Source of the DNA: Marsupella aquatica
Taxonomy: Eukaryota; Plantae; Marchantiophyta
Length of the DNA stretch: 64,000 nucleotides
Assembly: GCA_973895155.1 (NCBI GenBank)
Contig: OZ316895.1
Location: 20,474,803 to 20,538,802 of the forward strand
Direction of reading: 5' to 3'
Shown here piece after piece: positions 13,008 to 27,100 of the stretch (within the stretch, counting starts at the first letter, position 1; each line of letters opens with the position of its first letter). The position numbers were made by a program, and so were the translations under genes. The notes below the pieces were generated by a model. That model was not told the origin of the DNA. It searched no databases and saw nothing but the letters and a program-made list of their open reading frames with translations.

Positions 13008-15327
13008 ATCTCTATCCTCTTGATGTTCTCCAAGTGCTATTTCTTTGCTGCTCCCTATATCCTTTTGTCGCTTTTTCCTTCCTTTCGTCCCGTTGACTCA
13101 AATCCAAATCACAAAAAATGTCATTTTTTGCAACTTTCCAAAAAACTTGAAACTTGTCATCGCCACGTAGCCCACCACCCTACCAAGCCAACGCAGAAAT
13201 CTGAAATTGAAATCAAATTTCGACAAAAAACATTTTCACGTTTTGGTCGGGGTGGGTAAAATTTGAAAATTCTCCCCCGTTTTGACCACCCCGAGGAATA
13301 ACAAAAATGCCAAGTAGCACCCGTTGTCAGAAATGCAAATCAATTGGTGCACCACGTTGCTAACTTCAGTGGCTATATCCTCGCCAAAAAAGATCCGAAA
13401 AAAAATTACCGTTTGGACCTCAAAATCTTTGACTAAAGGCCAGTATATAGGGCAGGGATAAGTGCCCAAAAACCCACTTAAAAGCAAAAATTTGACCCCA
13501 ATAAAAAAGTTTTCACTTTTCTACACACCTTGCCACTTGATCCATAAAAGTGCCACCAACAGAAAAAATAGTTTCCGGATTTTGCCTCTTTGTCATCAGC
13601 AGGTCCTGCGGCGCAAAAAATCTTCGCTACGTCTCCCTTGCTTCGCATCAAGTACCAATCCCGGACTTAAAACGACCACCTCACCGCAATCTCTCCGTTG
13701 AGCCATTGCACTTTGCGTTTCTTCCCCGAGCCGAGTGTGACATCGAGATTACATGCTTCAGCCAAGGCTATGTCTCCATAGCCATGAAAAATTTAGAAAT
13801 GTCTTTTTTGCTCGTTGTGTCGCACTCGGTTCACCCTCGGCAACAAACTAGATACCAAAACGTCCAGCTTCGCCCGATCTACAATTTGAGCTGTAGTATG
13901 CAACACCTCACACACCGCAAAGCTCACACCGTCAAAAAAATAATCTCAGGTCCCTTCCCCGTCGAAGAAACCGTCAAACACGAATATCTTTTCACAAAAA
14001 ATTCCAGAATAACGAGAACTTTGATTCCTCCACACCACAAACTTCATTTAGTGATTTCTTTGCACCGTTAGATTGCCCTTGCCCTGATCTATCCGTTGAG
14101 CCCAACACCTCCAAGTTCCATGCAACAAAACTCCGTGAAATCCACCGACACTAACCGCTGGAAAAACCGTCACCAAAATGTCACAAAAAATTTATCCTCT
14201 CCTCAACATCACTTCCCAGGCTTGCTCTGATACCAATTGTTGAACTATGACGTCTTCTTTCATGACGATCCAATCATTACTCATTCCATGCACACGTGGT
14301 CGACACAATTTCTACATGGTTCACCTCTTCTCCAAGGCTACATCCACACAAACACTCAAGTTTTACTTCAAGAGCAGACGAACACACATGCTTTCCCTGT
14401 TCCTCAAGTTGCTCTGTTACAATGAGTAAGCACAACACACCAGCGGCTTACACTAGCCCTGATTTATACAAGGTCACACACGTCTAACCTAACCTTAGCT
14501 AAGACCCTAACTGTGGTTAGCCTAAGTACCGTAACCTATGAGTCACAAGAGTAAGAGCAATCCTTAACATTTTAAATCAAATTTTGAGACTTATAAGGAA
14601 TATTAGGGTCATTATAACCAATTTTTTGGAATATTCCAACTTTATAGGGGTTGAAAAACAAATTGTTTTTATTAAATTTTTGGGGGTCCGAGACCTTAAA
14701 ACGTTGCAGATGATAGGGAGGCATCCATATAGTGAGACCCCCGAGGTTGGAACCACTTGCAATCCAAACACTGGTAGACCAAAGGCAACCTTTAGACTGG
14801 ACATGAATCATAGTAAGCAATCTGGAAATTGGCATGTGGTGGACCCAACAACAACTATTGTGCATAAGTTCATGAACTCCACAAGAGGGTTTGATCATGC
14901 ACTATGCCATAAGTGCAGAACTTGATCAATTTTGCACTTATAGATAAAAACTACTCTAAGTGCAAGCACAAAGAAATTTTCCAACTTCTAGATATTCTGT
15001 TATGAGTGCAAATACAATGCGCTGAGCTAGTGTGCACACAAGGGACTTAGATTGGCATTGGGAGTTGGTCGGGTCCCAGAAAGGGCCGAGCTCATGGTGG
15101 ACCATTTAGACCCCCAGACAAACTCTGAGTTTCTAAGAGCTTGAGTGAGAACTCTTCTTGGGCCCAAGACCAAAGAAGTTTAGTTCAGGCGAAATGGACT
15201 TTCAGGGCATGAGATACAACGCGGCTCAGGTGTAGCCACTTGGCCCCCCAATTGACAATGAGTTCTGAGGGCCCAGACATGAGCACCATGTCGGATTGAT
15301 CATAAGAAGATACTTAGGTACTTCACG

Positions 15328-16555
15328 TGTGGACGTCTAACTAGAAGTTATGGGCCTAGCAAGTTAGCTTTGTGCAAGGCTTTGTGTCCAATCCAATGAG
15401 TCCAGGTAGAGAGCAAGAAATAGGGGACCAAAGTTGGTCTGGGGATGACAAGTCTCCAGAAGCATATATGAGGGGGTGTCTCCCAATGGACAAAGGCAAG
15501 CCCAAGTCGTGAAGCACGACTGTCTCCCAGTGAACCAATGGCGAGCCCAAGTTGTGAAGTGCGACCATCGCGTTACTGAGGAGACATGCCAAATGGAACA
15601 ACAATATCTCTTCAACAAGAAGTTTGTTGGATCGGAAGACTCTTGGGGTGTGTTGGAAAGCTTTTGAGGAGGACTACATCCTCTTGATCTAAGCTAGGTT
15701 TGGGGTCCCTTTGGTCCTCACGGTTTGCAAGGGCTATCTAGGCTGCCTTGCCGATCTTACCAAAACTACAGCCAACTCATTTTCAGTTTCCCACGAGAGC
15801 TTGGCAACGTAGATTAGGCATGGGTGAGGACGTCCAAGTGCATCTTGCCCTTGGACTCTTGGTTGAGTTAGAGTTGTAGAGATGGTTGCTAGAGTCAAAG
15901 TCAAACTGGTCCCGACATTTGGAACAAGCTCTAGGACAAACTAGTTATTTGGGCTATGGGCATGTCCTGGAGGCAAGGCGGTCAACTGATGATGGATACC
16001 AGTGTTGCATAGAAAGTGGGGAAGCTCGGGGGCACCTGGTAGAGGGGTTGGTCTAGACAAATAGTGGGTGCCAACCTTAACTTCAATTTATGGCAAAGGC
16101 ACGCGGACATGAAAGGCTCTATCTGCTCACCTACTTACTAATAACTATTGAGTTTGAGGCAAGACAATGGTCTTGGGATCCAAGATCAAGGAGATTTACT
16201 TACCAATGCGGTTGGTTGCTTGTGCAAACAATATGGGCCATTGAGTGACAATCATGCTAAGTAGAAAGTGCGGCTTTGTATGGGAGTTGCCATTGGCGAT
16301 GATAGAGGCATCAAGTTGCTTGCTCGTGGAGTTCCGTGGAGACGTTCAGGAACCAAGAGTACTAAGACAAGAGTACTGAGTTTGGCGAGGGCGTTGGGTG
16401 GCTAGGTCCACCATTGAGGGCTGCCAGGCGGATGGTCAGGCAATTGCCTGGCAGCCCTACACAAGTGGGTGCGAAGGCCACGTTTGTTGCTTGTACACAC
16501 GGGGACGGCCAGGGGTCAAGAAAGAGGGGCATGAAGGGGTCGGGGTGTGTCCACA
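15328..16555. mobile_element. Probable 1.2-kb solo LTR (Gypsy-like size)
   Basis: 7-bp terminal inverted repeat TGTGGAC...GTCCACA, flanked by CACG on both sides (15324-15327, 16556-16559). No coding capacity is recognisable. Confidence 0.6.
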
Positions 16556-16560
16556 CACGA

Positions 16561-17941
16561 GAAAACACCGTCTTAAAAGCAATTTTTTGACTTAAAAAAA
16601 TACCATTTACTTTAACACAAAGGCCGTGTTACAAAACTAGTTGTCTTACCCACAAAAGAGCCAATGACAGGAAAATTTTATTGCCAAATTTCACTTGGTC
16701 CAATCAGTAGGCCCAACAGCGCAAAAATGTCCATTGCAACTCGTTCTTATTGCGTCAAGTACCAATCCCACACTTAAAACAACCACCTCCTTGCGATATT
16801 TTTGTTGAGCCATAGCACTTTGCAATTCTTCCTCCGAGTCGAGCGTGACACCAAGAAATCTGGTTTAGGCAAAAACAAACTCCATGGCCTGTCAAAACAC
16901 CAAAACCTTTCTTTTGCTTGTCACAACGCACTCGACACATACTTGATAACAAAACATCCAACTCAACTCAAACTACAAACAAAGTTATAGCATGCGACGC
17001 CTCGTGCACCGCAAAGCTCACATTGTCAAGAAAAACAAACTCTAGTCTCTCCTCAGAAAAATTAACCATCAAAAAATCCAGAATGATGCAAACTTTGATT
17101 CTTCTGCACTACGGATACTTGATAACAAAACATCCAACTCAACTCAAACTACAAACAAAGTTATAGCATGCGACGCCTCGTGCACCGCAAAGCTCACATT
17201 GTCAAGAAAAACAAACTCTAGTCTCTCCTCAGAAAAATTAACCATCAAAAAATCCAGAATGATGCAAACTTTGATTCTTCTGCACTACGGATATTGATCA
17301 GTGATTTTTACGCACCTATAGAAAGCCCTTGAATTGATCTATCCTATGAGCCTCCTCAGAAAAATTAACCATAAAAAAATCCAGAATGATGCAAACTTTG
17401 ATTCTTCTGCACTACGGATATTGATCAGTGATTTTTACGCACCAATAGAAAGCCCTTGAATTGATCTATCCTATGAGCCTATAAGATTTGAGTTCCATGT
17501 AACGGAGATACCAAATAAACCACTAACATTGAAAGCTAGAAAAAACCATCACGAAAAAATCTTGTCACCTCCTAGGCATACTCTAATACCAATTGTTGAG
17601 CAAAGAAGACATTCACAACGACAATCCCATGATCATCCAACACACAAGTAGTCGACATAGAGAGATACATGGTTTTGCCTCAACTGAGGCTACGTTCACG
17701 GGAACACATAAGAGTTGAATTGCACTCTAGGCCAATTGGCCATATTGAGAGTCCGCAATACAAGATCTCCCTAACTCTCAATTGGCCCCGCGTTCAACAA
17801 TGAGAGTGAGTTTCTCTTATCCATGCAAACACTGCTTTTGATACAGTGTGCAACATGACTAATCTAACCTAGTCCACGACTAAGGTCAGCCATAACTACA
17901 GTTACAATCATAACCCTAGAATTAAGGGTAAATGCCTAGCA
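16561..17941 (-). mobile_element. Truncated copia element: 5' LTR, PBS and 5' leader only
   Basis: LTR at 17594-17941 with PBS-like TGGTATTAGAG at 17581-17591 (-). The leader is homologous to 13470-14230 of the first copia, for example caagtaccaatccc..acttaaaac.accacctc and caccgcaaagctcaca. Confidence 0.82.
16939..17480. repeat. Overlapping near-perfect tandem duplications (periods about 176 and 127 bp) in the copia leader
   Basis: atacttgataacaaaacatcc... starts at 16939 and 17115. ctcctcagaaaaattaacc...ctatgagc starts at about 17225 and 17352. Confidence 0.88.
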
Positions 17942-20394
17942 TGTTCTGCACTTATCTATTTGACATTTAGTTAAGGTCATTGTGTAGTTAAAAAGGTGCT
18001 GTGTATATTCACAAAAAATGCTGATTATTTTTTTGGAAGAACAAGTCCACCTGCCACTTAAGCACTTATAGATGGAGCACTTAGACACAGTCCACCATAT
18101 TGTTGCTAAGAGTGGGAATGTACCCATGCAAGTTACCCATATTGCTCTCTCTAAACTCTGCCAAATAACAAAAATAACCATACTGGGGGAGAGGATCCCA
18201 AATCCATGATGACCATGACCAATCCCAAAGGCGAGTGAAAAATCCATGATGACCGTGATCACTCTGAACAACATAAAGGGCTATTGAACAACAAATTGAA
18301 AAGTCTGGTAGAGCTCCGGAAAGTACCACATAGGAGGGTGGAGTATACCACATAGGAGGGTAATGCAGAGTAATTTGACTAGGAACCTAAACCCAACCAC
18401 CTCAGCCCCCAGTGGTTCAATTTGCACGTCAATCTGAAGGGAGGAGGATAGTAAGTTGGCAAATTGAATGGAGCTTGAGCCTGATACAACCAGGTTTTTG
18501 AGATCTTTAATGAGACGTCCTGGGCATTGAGGTAGCACATTGCAGTGATTTGCAGAAAAGAGAGAGTCTAATCTCTCCGTTTGGCTGTGATTCTAGCCAT
18601 CGAGATATGGCAGTGATTCCGAGAGACGGGCGACAATCTGTAGAAAGAGTCTTATCTCTCTGTTTCCCGCCCATATCACGGATGTCAAAATGGTAGAGCG
18701 CCTATCTTGGTTGCGGTGGGTGTAAAGAGATAACGCCAAGAATTTGAACGAGGCAGTAGGAATAGGCACCCCTCCATTATTTGTGTCCCACCACACCACT
18801 GTAGTTGGGGAGTTGTGTGCCCAATGCAATTCACAGAGTCGGTAAGAATCAGAAACTATTGGAACATGTGGGACCATTCATAGAAAGTCTAGTCCTCGAT
18901 CGATTTTAGACATGAACCATTTCGGAAATTGCGAAGATCTACAGTAGGTGATGACGGCAATGATTTAGTCCGTGCATCAGCAATTTAGAAACCCATCCTG
19001 AACACCGAACTCCCTCCTTGTTGATGGAATAGCTCCTACAGTTTGGTATCGTAATTTCAAATGATTGAAGATTGAATATGTGCGTGTTCTGTAGGAGAGC
19101 TTCAGTGCTTCTGAAGATATGTAATTAGATGAAGAAACTGTAAAACTTTTATCTCCAACTTTTTCATTCAAGTAGAGTCCAAGAAAGAGAAGCCATGGTC
19201 ACGACGAACGAACACAACTGTACAAAACTCCCGCAAGCGCGGGAGGAGCAATTTCAATGAAATTCTTAAAGCTGCTCAAATTACCAAATGTTTCAGACTG
19301 GACCAATTTTGACCCCTAGGGAGTTTCATCATCATCTACTGGGATCACTGAGAATAGCAACATAAGGCAGGTTGGGGGTGAATAGGACGGAATGCCTACA
19401 CAATGATGATGCTTGAACTAGACATTGACAATATCTGCTCATCTGGATGAGTCAGAGTGATGTCATCTTTCAAGGATTACAATGGCGTCCAAGAGATCTC
19501 TACAGGCTGTTGCTACTTTCCAAATGAACGACCTTTCGCTTTCAGATCTACCAGACCTCTTCTTGTCCAGCCATTTGCAGCCACTTTTAGAAGCGCCTCA
19601 CGTGGATGCGGGGAGTTGCTCGAGGAACACAGTGCTCGCCAGCGGGACCTTTCATCGTACGGTTGAAAGCACAAGTTATCCGGTTCTCAGACACAAACTG
19701 GAAGGGGTTCTACTTTAGAACCGGTGAGCGAGTATTGCTTGCAAATGGATGTCTTCTATGGTAATCCACGTTAATTCAGCTCAGCAGACCTTTGAGCCTG
19801 TACACCCCCCTGCCGTGGTACTGTCGTTTGAAATCATGTACAAGGATTCCTGAACTTTAAGTTACTCACAAGAATTACATCAAAATTGTTCGCTATGAAA
19901 CTGGTCGCTGTGCCAGCCACCCAAGATCGAGCCCATCCATGACAAGTGACCTGACCAGTAGAGCTGTGATGACGTACTTCAACGAGTCTCCTATGCGCTC
20001 TTCTCTACTGATTTTCAAGTAGCTCTAGCTCAGACTGCCCTGCCCTGCCTTGCCTTGCCTTGGGTGAAGTTACGAGTTACACGAAGAAAATAACAGATGA
20101 CGGCCAGAGAAGCCAGCTAGGACCTAGCTACCAATCTACCCTGCCAATAATCTTCGAGACAGACCACGCATTCCACGAAGGAGGTCTGCCTCGAAGACTT
20201 CCTTTCATCAAAGAATAATGGTCGATTATCCGATCTGGGTGATAAATTAAATAAATTGAAAGCTAACTGCTGTAACAATGATGTGTCCACGCTACAAGAA
20301 TAATGGCTATGAAGGCTTATTCACATGAAAAGTAGAGACCACCGACGAAGATACGACAACAAGTTTGTGAGAATGATTTGAGTATCCTCAGTCA

Positions 20395-23300
20395 TCATTC
20401 TTTTCTGGCTTCAGTTCCTGAATTGGCAGATTCAGGGGATGATCTTAAGTCCGGTCTGATCTCCTCGAGCTGCCTTACGACGTCCTCCATCTCTGGTCTT
20501 GAGGTGGGAGCCGTATTTACACAAACCATCGCCAGTTGCAAGGTGTTGTACATCTCTTCTTCTTGGTGATGAGGAGCTCCGTTGATGATCTCCTTGTCGA
20601 AGACCTCGGAGGTCCACTCCTCTTTCACCACAGAATTCACCCATTCAGCTAGATCCATGCCACTCTCGGACGAAGATTGCTCCACTGGGGCCTTTCCTGT
20701 CAGCAGCTCCAGCAGCACAATTCCGAAGCTGTATACATCTGATTTTGCGGTGGCTTTCTTGGTCTTGGCGAGCTCTGGTGCCCGGTATCCCAGAGTGCCT
20801 GCTGATGCCACGAGGCCTTGCATTGCTTGAGGAGTCATGAGCCTGGAGAGTCCGTAGTCTGATATCTTCGAGTTCATTCGCCCATCAAGAAGAATGTTGC
20901 TGGCTGAGAGATTCCCGTGGACAATGTTCTCGTTCTCGTGCAAGTATCCCAGCCCTCTTGCCGCTCCCATTGCTATTTTCATCCTCGTCTCCCAATTCAA
21001 GGGTGTCTCTGGTCCTCGAGCTGCGAATCAACGGAATAAAGTAGTTAGACAGGGCTTCAATGTACTTCAAAGTTATCACCCAAATGATGATTCTTTAACT
21101 GGGGCTCAGAAACAATGGCCTCCGGTCGAAGATGAGAATCGAGCACCGTCTCAAATACACTACTCAATCCCCAGAGTGAACGGACGGCAGAAAGATGGGT
21201 AATTCCAAAAGAGGTGACTGAAAAGAAATTGTTATCAGACAACACGATTTCAAAGCATTCGAAACAAACATTGTTTCATCAACATGCCAGAGCCAACATT
21301 TGCTCGATCTAGAGGGAGTCATTGATGGACCAGAGGTGGCAATGATACTGAGAAGATGAGGAAACAGGAAGAGATTTAACCGAACGCTTGCTTCAACGAT
21401 GGGAAACCAAAAAAAAGGGCGGAACGCGAGTCGACGACGTCCTACGAGAAGCGAACAGAATCCCCTTTGATCGAGTTCGAAAACTCTGAACTTTGACATT
21501 TCATACACGAAGGGAACCCAATGACCACACGAGAACTACTGTAGCAACCCGTCGCCCATTAGACGGCGGCAGACGAGTACGACCACAGTAGTATGTAGAA
21601 AGAGACAAGAACTACCGTACTTAGGAACTATATCCAGATCTCAGCATCGATAGATCATATTCTACCTTAGAAACTGTTCCTGACGGCATTCAAGAGAAAG
21701 GCTTGTTCAGCTCATTGCCCAATTTTTGCAGCCTAAACCTCGTTCTAACAAGAAAAAAATGATCAGGATAAATCACATCGAGTGATTGATTGACCTGGTT
21801 GATTGACCTAATCTACAGACAAATAGGTGAAGACAAAAAACGGAACAAACCACCAAAGAGAGATTGATAAAATTGAGTGGCAACATTAGCAACATCTGAT
21901 GACTGGCCCAACGGATATTACAAGTGAATGATAACTTCCGTCCATGAAGAGATGGAGTCGGGATAAGCGACGAAAGATTACCATGCAGGAAAGCAGCGAG
22001 GCTGCCACAAGCCATGTAGTCGAACACTAGGAGCTTCTCATCTTTAGGCCCCCAGTAGTAAGCCCTCAATGCCAGTAAGTTAGGGTGCCGAATCTTGCCC
22101 AAAGTGCCCACCTCGCTCTCGAATTCTTTCTGCCCTTTCACAATGCCCTCTCTCAACCGCTTCACAGCAATAATGTTCCCGTCCTCGAGAGTAGCCTTGT
22201 ACACCGTTCCGTAGGCACTCTTGCCAAGAACTTCAGCCGTCGCACACAAAAGATGGTCAGCACTGAACGCCATGGGTCCGTCAAAGTGCACCAGTTTGCC
22301 ACCCATTTCCTCGCTGTCCACTTGCCCATCGCCATTCTTGTCAGATCTAGGCGTACCCACTGCTCCTCCACCTGCCAAAGTCCGAGTTTTTTCCCCATCC
22401 TTCCTCTTCCAACAAAGCCCCACAAGACAACAACAACTGATTAAGAGAGCTCCCAGAGCCGATCCCAGAGCGATGAAGACGATAGCCACGGTACTCAACT
22501 TGTGGTGCTTCTTGCCTCCAGCCGAGCTGGGATTGGTCCCATTTGTCCCAGGAGCAGGAGCAGGAGCAGGCACAGGTCCTGAAGTCACAGGACAAATGAG
22601 AAATGGAGGCCTCCCACAGAGCCCAGCATTGCCAAGAAATGCACTGTTGTTGATCGGGTTCGGAAAGGGGGGAATGGGCCCACTGAGGTCGTTGTAACTC
22701 ACATTCAAGCCCGTCAGATTGGTGAGCCCAATAAGCGTCAGTGGGATGCGCCCGCTGAGGTTATTGTAGGACAGGTCCAGCGACGAGAGGGCAAACAGTT
22801 GGCCAAGCTGCGTTGGGATCTCCCCAGAAAGATTATTATGGGACAAGTCCAATGATATGAGGCTGGTCATGTTACCAATGTCCGTAGGAATATTTCCAGA
22901 AAGACCATTGTGACTTAAGGAAAGCACATTGAGATTTATCAAACTACCAAGAGAAGCTGGCAGAGACCCAGTGAAATTGTTACCGCTGAAGTTGAGGGAC
23001 GTGAGTTGAATCAAGTTGCCAATGTCCTCAGGGATGCTGCCACTCAGATGGTTACTTTCCAGAAGAAGCGTGCTCAAATTGGTGGCACCAAGACCGGTTG
23101 GAATGGGGCCTGTCAGAGAGTTGTTCGAGAAGTCCGCAATATTGAGGAACGGAAGAAGACCCAACGCGGAAGGGATGCTCCCATTGAGCCGATTATCCGA
23201 GACATCCAGGAATTGCAATAATGTCAGCCGAGTGAGTTCGGCCGGAATTATCCCCGTGAACTGGTTTTTCCCCAAGAGGAGAGCACTCAGATTTCCAAGA

Positions 23301-24109
23301 GCACCAAATGTGGGCGGAATGGAACCACTGAAGGAATTGGCTCGGAGGTCGATTCTCCGGAAAGCAGTTCCAACGACAGGTGCACTGGCATTGAGGTTGC
23401 CCCATTGGTTTGGCAAAGTACCGCTTAGGAAATTCCAAGCCAGTCGAATGTCCGTGAGAGAATGACTCTGGCTCCAGTCGTACGGAAACCCACCCCAGAG
23501 GAAGTTGTAGCTGAAATCCAGGTAATAAAGCCTCCAAGATTGAGCTATCCCATTGGGAATCTCTCCAGATAGCTGGTTGAAGCGCAAGTCCAGAGCTTGA
23601 AGACTGGAGGAATTGCCAATGTTGCTTGGAATGTTACCCGTGAACTGGTTGGAGAACAATGCAAGGCCCCTCAGGGCCGGAAGATTGCCAAGAGATTGTG
23701 GAATAGAACCAGTAATCGCATTGTCATGAAGTGAAATCTTCCGCAGTGAGGTGAGATTGCCGATATCCTCTGCCAACCGTCCACTTAATCTTCGCCCGGG
23801 TAACATGAGGGAGAGGACTGAGCCTCCCGTTGTGCATGTCACGCCAATCCAAGTCGAGCAAGCCAGAGCCCCAGAGTCATTCCAGGAGTTGAGGGTCCTC
23901 GGATTGCCAAAGGCTGCCTTGATTGCTAAGAGAGCAGCGATTTCTTTCTGTGAAGGCTGGGGAGGGGATTGAGCCTCAGCCTGCTCAAGTTGCAACACAG
24001 AACTCAAGACCCCGATTACCAGAGACACCAACAGTAACCTCCTCGTCCTGCTACTCAATGCCCACCGCCTACATTGCACACCCTGCATCACATCCTTCGC
24101 TGCCATCAT
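20395..24109 (-). CDS. LRR receptor-like kinase, LRR-III subfamily, IMK2/IMK3-like; 2 exons, about 917 aa; probable pseudokinase
   Basis: Exons complement(21982-24109, 20395-21020) with a GT-AG intron join [19 protein letters not shown]. The protein has a signal peptide, LRRNT ([16 protein letters not shown]), many plant LxxLxLxxNxLSGxIP repeats, a GNxGLCG cap and a TM helix. The kinase carries IMK-typical motifs [17 protein letters not shown] and [16 protein letters not shown]. The ORF-track start at 24151 is GTG; the first ATG is at 24109. Confidence 0.95.
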
Positions 24110-27100
24110 TCTCTCTCCCCGTGGGGGAGAGAGAGCACTTACGATGCCCACTACCGAAATGAAAGCTTGATCAACTCTGCTTCCTCCCCTCGTCCTTCTC
24201 GTCTTCTCCCGTCCTCCTCCTCTACTACTCTCTCGTCCGGTTCTTCCTCCTCCTAATCCAAACCCCCAAGTTGGTCTGCTGCTTCTACTTCCCTCTTCAG
24301 TTGTTGCTAATGCTGCTGACGCTGTCTGCTGCTAGCTGCTAGCCTTCAGCTAGAGATCCGCTGTCAACCACATCACCCAGCTGACAGACAGAAATCACAC
24401 AACCCACCGTAGGTAGTCCTTCACTCAGCCTCAGCTCAGCAGCAGCACCAGCCCTTCCTGAAGAGAAAACCAGCAGGAATTCCGGTGCTTCACCACGAAC
24501 GCCGCAACAAAGGAGACAACAACAACATCAGCGACAACACCGCCGCACCCTTGTTCCCTTGCTCATCATCTGCAAGAAAGACCTATCTTCGAGAGCCAGC
24601 CAGCTACGCCGGGTGCTAGCTCTGTACCATATCAGCCATTGCCGTGCCTTGCTCTGCTTACGCTCTTCCTTGCACCACCATCACCACCACGGCTCCCATT
24701 TCCTGTGATTGCCTCGCCCCAACGAATCCGCAGCAGCTGCAAGACTATAGTACCGTTCCTCAATTCGAGGCTCTCAATACACTCCGGACAGCTAGTGTCT
24801 AGCTAGCTAGCTAATGACAATCTTACTGGCTAGTAGCAGTAGCAATCTAGGCAATTACTCCCCCAGCGCTAGCAACCAGGCAAGAAAAAGGACAGTGGCA
24901 GACAAGCAGAAAATAATATTATCCCCTCTCCTCTCTGGCTTCCTTCTGTTCTTCACCCGAGGCGAGGGAACGAATCACTCCTCCCCGATGAGGACTGCTT
25001 CCTATCCTGGAAGAAAACTTCTGTCTTGATGGTGGTCCTTCACCTCAATGTATCGTGTGAAATACCGTGCAATTAAAGAAAGACGGAAAGATGATTGTTC
25101 TTTGCAGCAGGAGGACTGACTGGAGGATGGCAAAGTCGTCCTGCTCAGCAATCTGTGAGGAGTGGAAAGGAGTGCCATCAGTAGCACCACCACCGTGACA
25201 GACATCTCTGCCTGAATCGAAAGCAGCAGAGCACTGAGGTGAGTGAGGGAGAGCATCAGTCAGAGCAGAGGGGTTTTTCACACGAGTGTCAATATAGTCG
25301 TCTCTCCAGTGCACACTCCATAACTGCAAAAACTGGATAACTGCAATGGATCTCTTCTTCGCGTCCCAACAACTCACATGACAAAGCAACTGCCAGATAT
25401 GTAGAAATAATGACTCTCTATATAAACTAAAATTTGGGTTTATCGTGGTATGGAAAATAAGTCCAACATGTGGGCTCATGTCACGTGACACAGCACACCA
25501 TATACTACCAAGTTTTGTTCTGCATTTACTAGCAAGACCCTTCTTGACATTGTTTTACTTGTGGACTTAACTATATTAGTTGTGGACTTAACTATATTAG
25601 TTATTTAAGTGTGAACCCTTGATAAGTGTACTTGAACAATTATTCATAGGCATATAATTTCATCAGTGTACACTTACGGGGATATGCATGGCATTTATCC
25701 ATGGAGCAAGCATTGCACTTATGGGGTACGGGATGGCAAGAATGTCCCTTTACAAAGAGGCTTATTGCACATAGAGGCACTGTAGCTCTCATAGATAAAT
25801 GCACAATTATACATTTTGCACGTATCACTTAAATGCAAAACTCACGTTAAAACCACCACAATTAGTACAAAATATTTTTAACAAAGTTAAAAACCGGAGC
25901 ACTTTGTCCTCCCAGAGTGGTGGTTTAAGTGCAGACCTGATGCATCTTCCCAGGACTTCGTGCACTTGGAGAAAACTGCAGCAGTTGAATGAATGGACTG
26001 ACTCACTGAGTGCCCTGCTGGGCAGAGTGTCAGATCTGAAGGATGGAGAAGTGTGAGCACAGTGTAAATCAGGGAGCTCACAGAAAGACGTGTGCAGTAA
26101 TCGAGAATTGATGACCCACAAACGATTACTGCGGTCTCTAAGCCCCAAAAGACACTTTGCATGCCCATGGCCCCATGCACTCTCTGCTGCTGCCCGAGTC
26201 TGCCCGCCCGGGGTGGTAAATTTCCTGACCTGACCTGATTGGACTGACCTGCCCGGGCCAGCCAAACGTGCAGCTGGACGGGAAAGAAGTCTCCCTGCCC
26301 CAGAGAATCTGCTGAGTCGGAACTCACCTCGTGCCTGCCCCGACTCCACTCCCGGGCAGACGGGCTGCCTCGGGGACACCATTTCAACCCTCGTGTTTCC
26401 TGCCCGGAGTTTGGGCAGGAAACTGTAACTTCTAACAAGTGCCCTGTCTGCCCGAGTATTTTAAACATTTTCCCACCTGGGTGGCGAATGAACAATATGC
26501 TAAGCATGATTCTTTTATGTAATTCTCCTGGATTAATTCGGGACCATTAGATCTACCTAACTACAAGGAATACCACCAGATTCTGACTAAAAGGGGTCTG
26601 TAGCTAGATGACAACCTGGCAAATGGAAGAACCAAAAACGTGGAGTTATAAAAGTGGCGAAGACTTTACACTGAGGTGGAATTTGGCAACTTATGGCCAC
26701 AAAAAGGTCCTGCCTGACCTCATTTCTGATCTCGATAGATGTCCATGGGTCCATTTACTGCTTATATTCTAATGGGTGATGTCTGGTACGGGTACTGATG
26801 ATGTGATCAAATAATATTCTTGAGCCCCTTTCCAGTTGTTTATGGTACTCCTGTTTCTGAATGTACTCAACAATATTACATCTCCCTTCATTCATATGCC
26901 TACACTTTATTTATTATTCATTTTGATTGGTGAAGTGCGAGGCACTCTGCACTTATCATCGAAAAATCATTTAGGCTTCCTTTGGTTGGTTCTCCAGTGC
27001 TCTTGTGTCACATTATTTGATTTATCTATCTGGTTTTCTTTAGGCCCTCCCTCTGGATTTGCAGTGGCATAGTGTGTTCCATGTGACTCGTGAATGTTTA

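Larger units (their letters stand above)
8003..14569 (-). mobile_element. Full-length, degenerate Ty1/copia LTR retrotransposon (Tnt1/Tork-like)
   Basis: LTRs at 8003-8338 and 14238-14569 (TGTT...AACA) differ by about 26 substitutions plus a 4-bp indel by manual count. The TSD TTTTA is on both sides. PBS-Met TGGTATCAGAGC is at 14224-14235 (-) and the PPT at about 8341-8352. Internal fragments follow copia order gag-PR-IN-RT-RH. Confidence 0.96.

Noticed and set aside
13236-14071. ORFs in the copia 5' leader as an extra gene (also 49611-50145)
   Set aside because: They have no recognisable domain, and the frames are not visibly preserved in the homologous leader at 16.6-17.5 kb.
22085-24256. 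Several plus-strand and alternative-frame ORFs
   Set aside because: They are shadow ORFs of the LRR-RLK coding exon.
25825-26507. 185- and 206-aa overlapping ORFs
   Set aside because: They cross a GC-rich repetitive tract that is poor in stop codons; there are no protein motifs.
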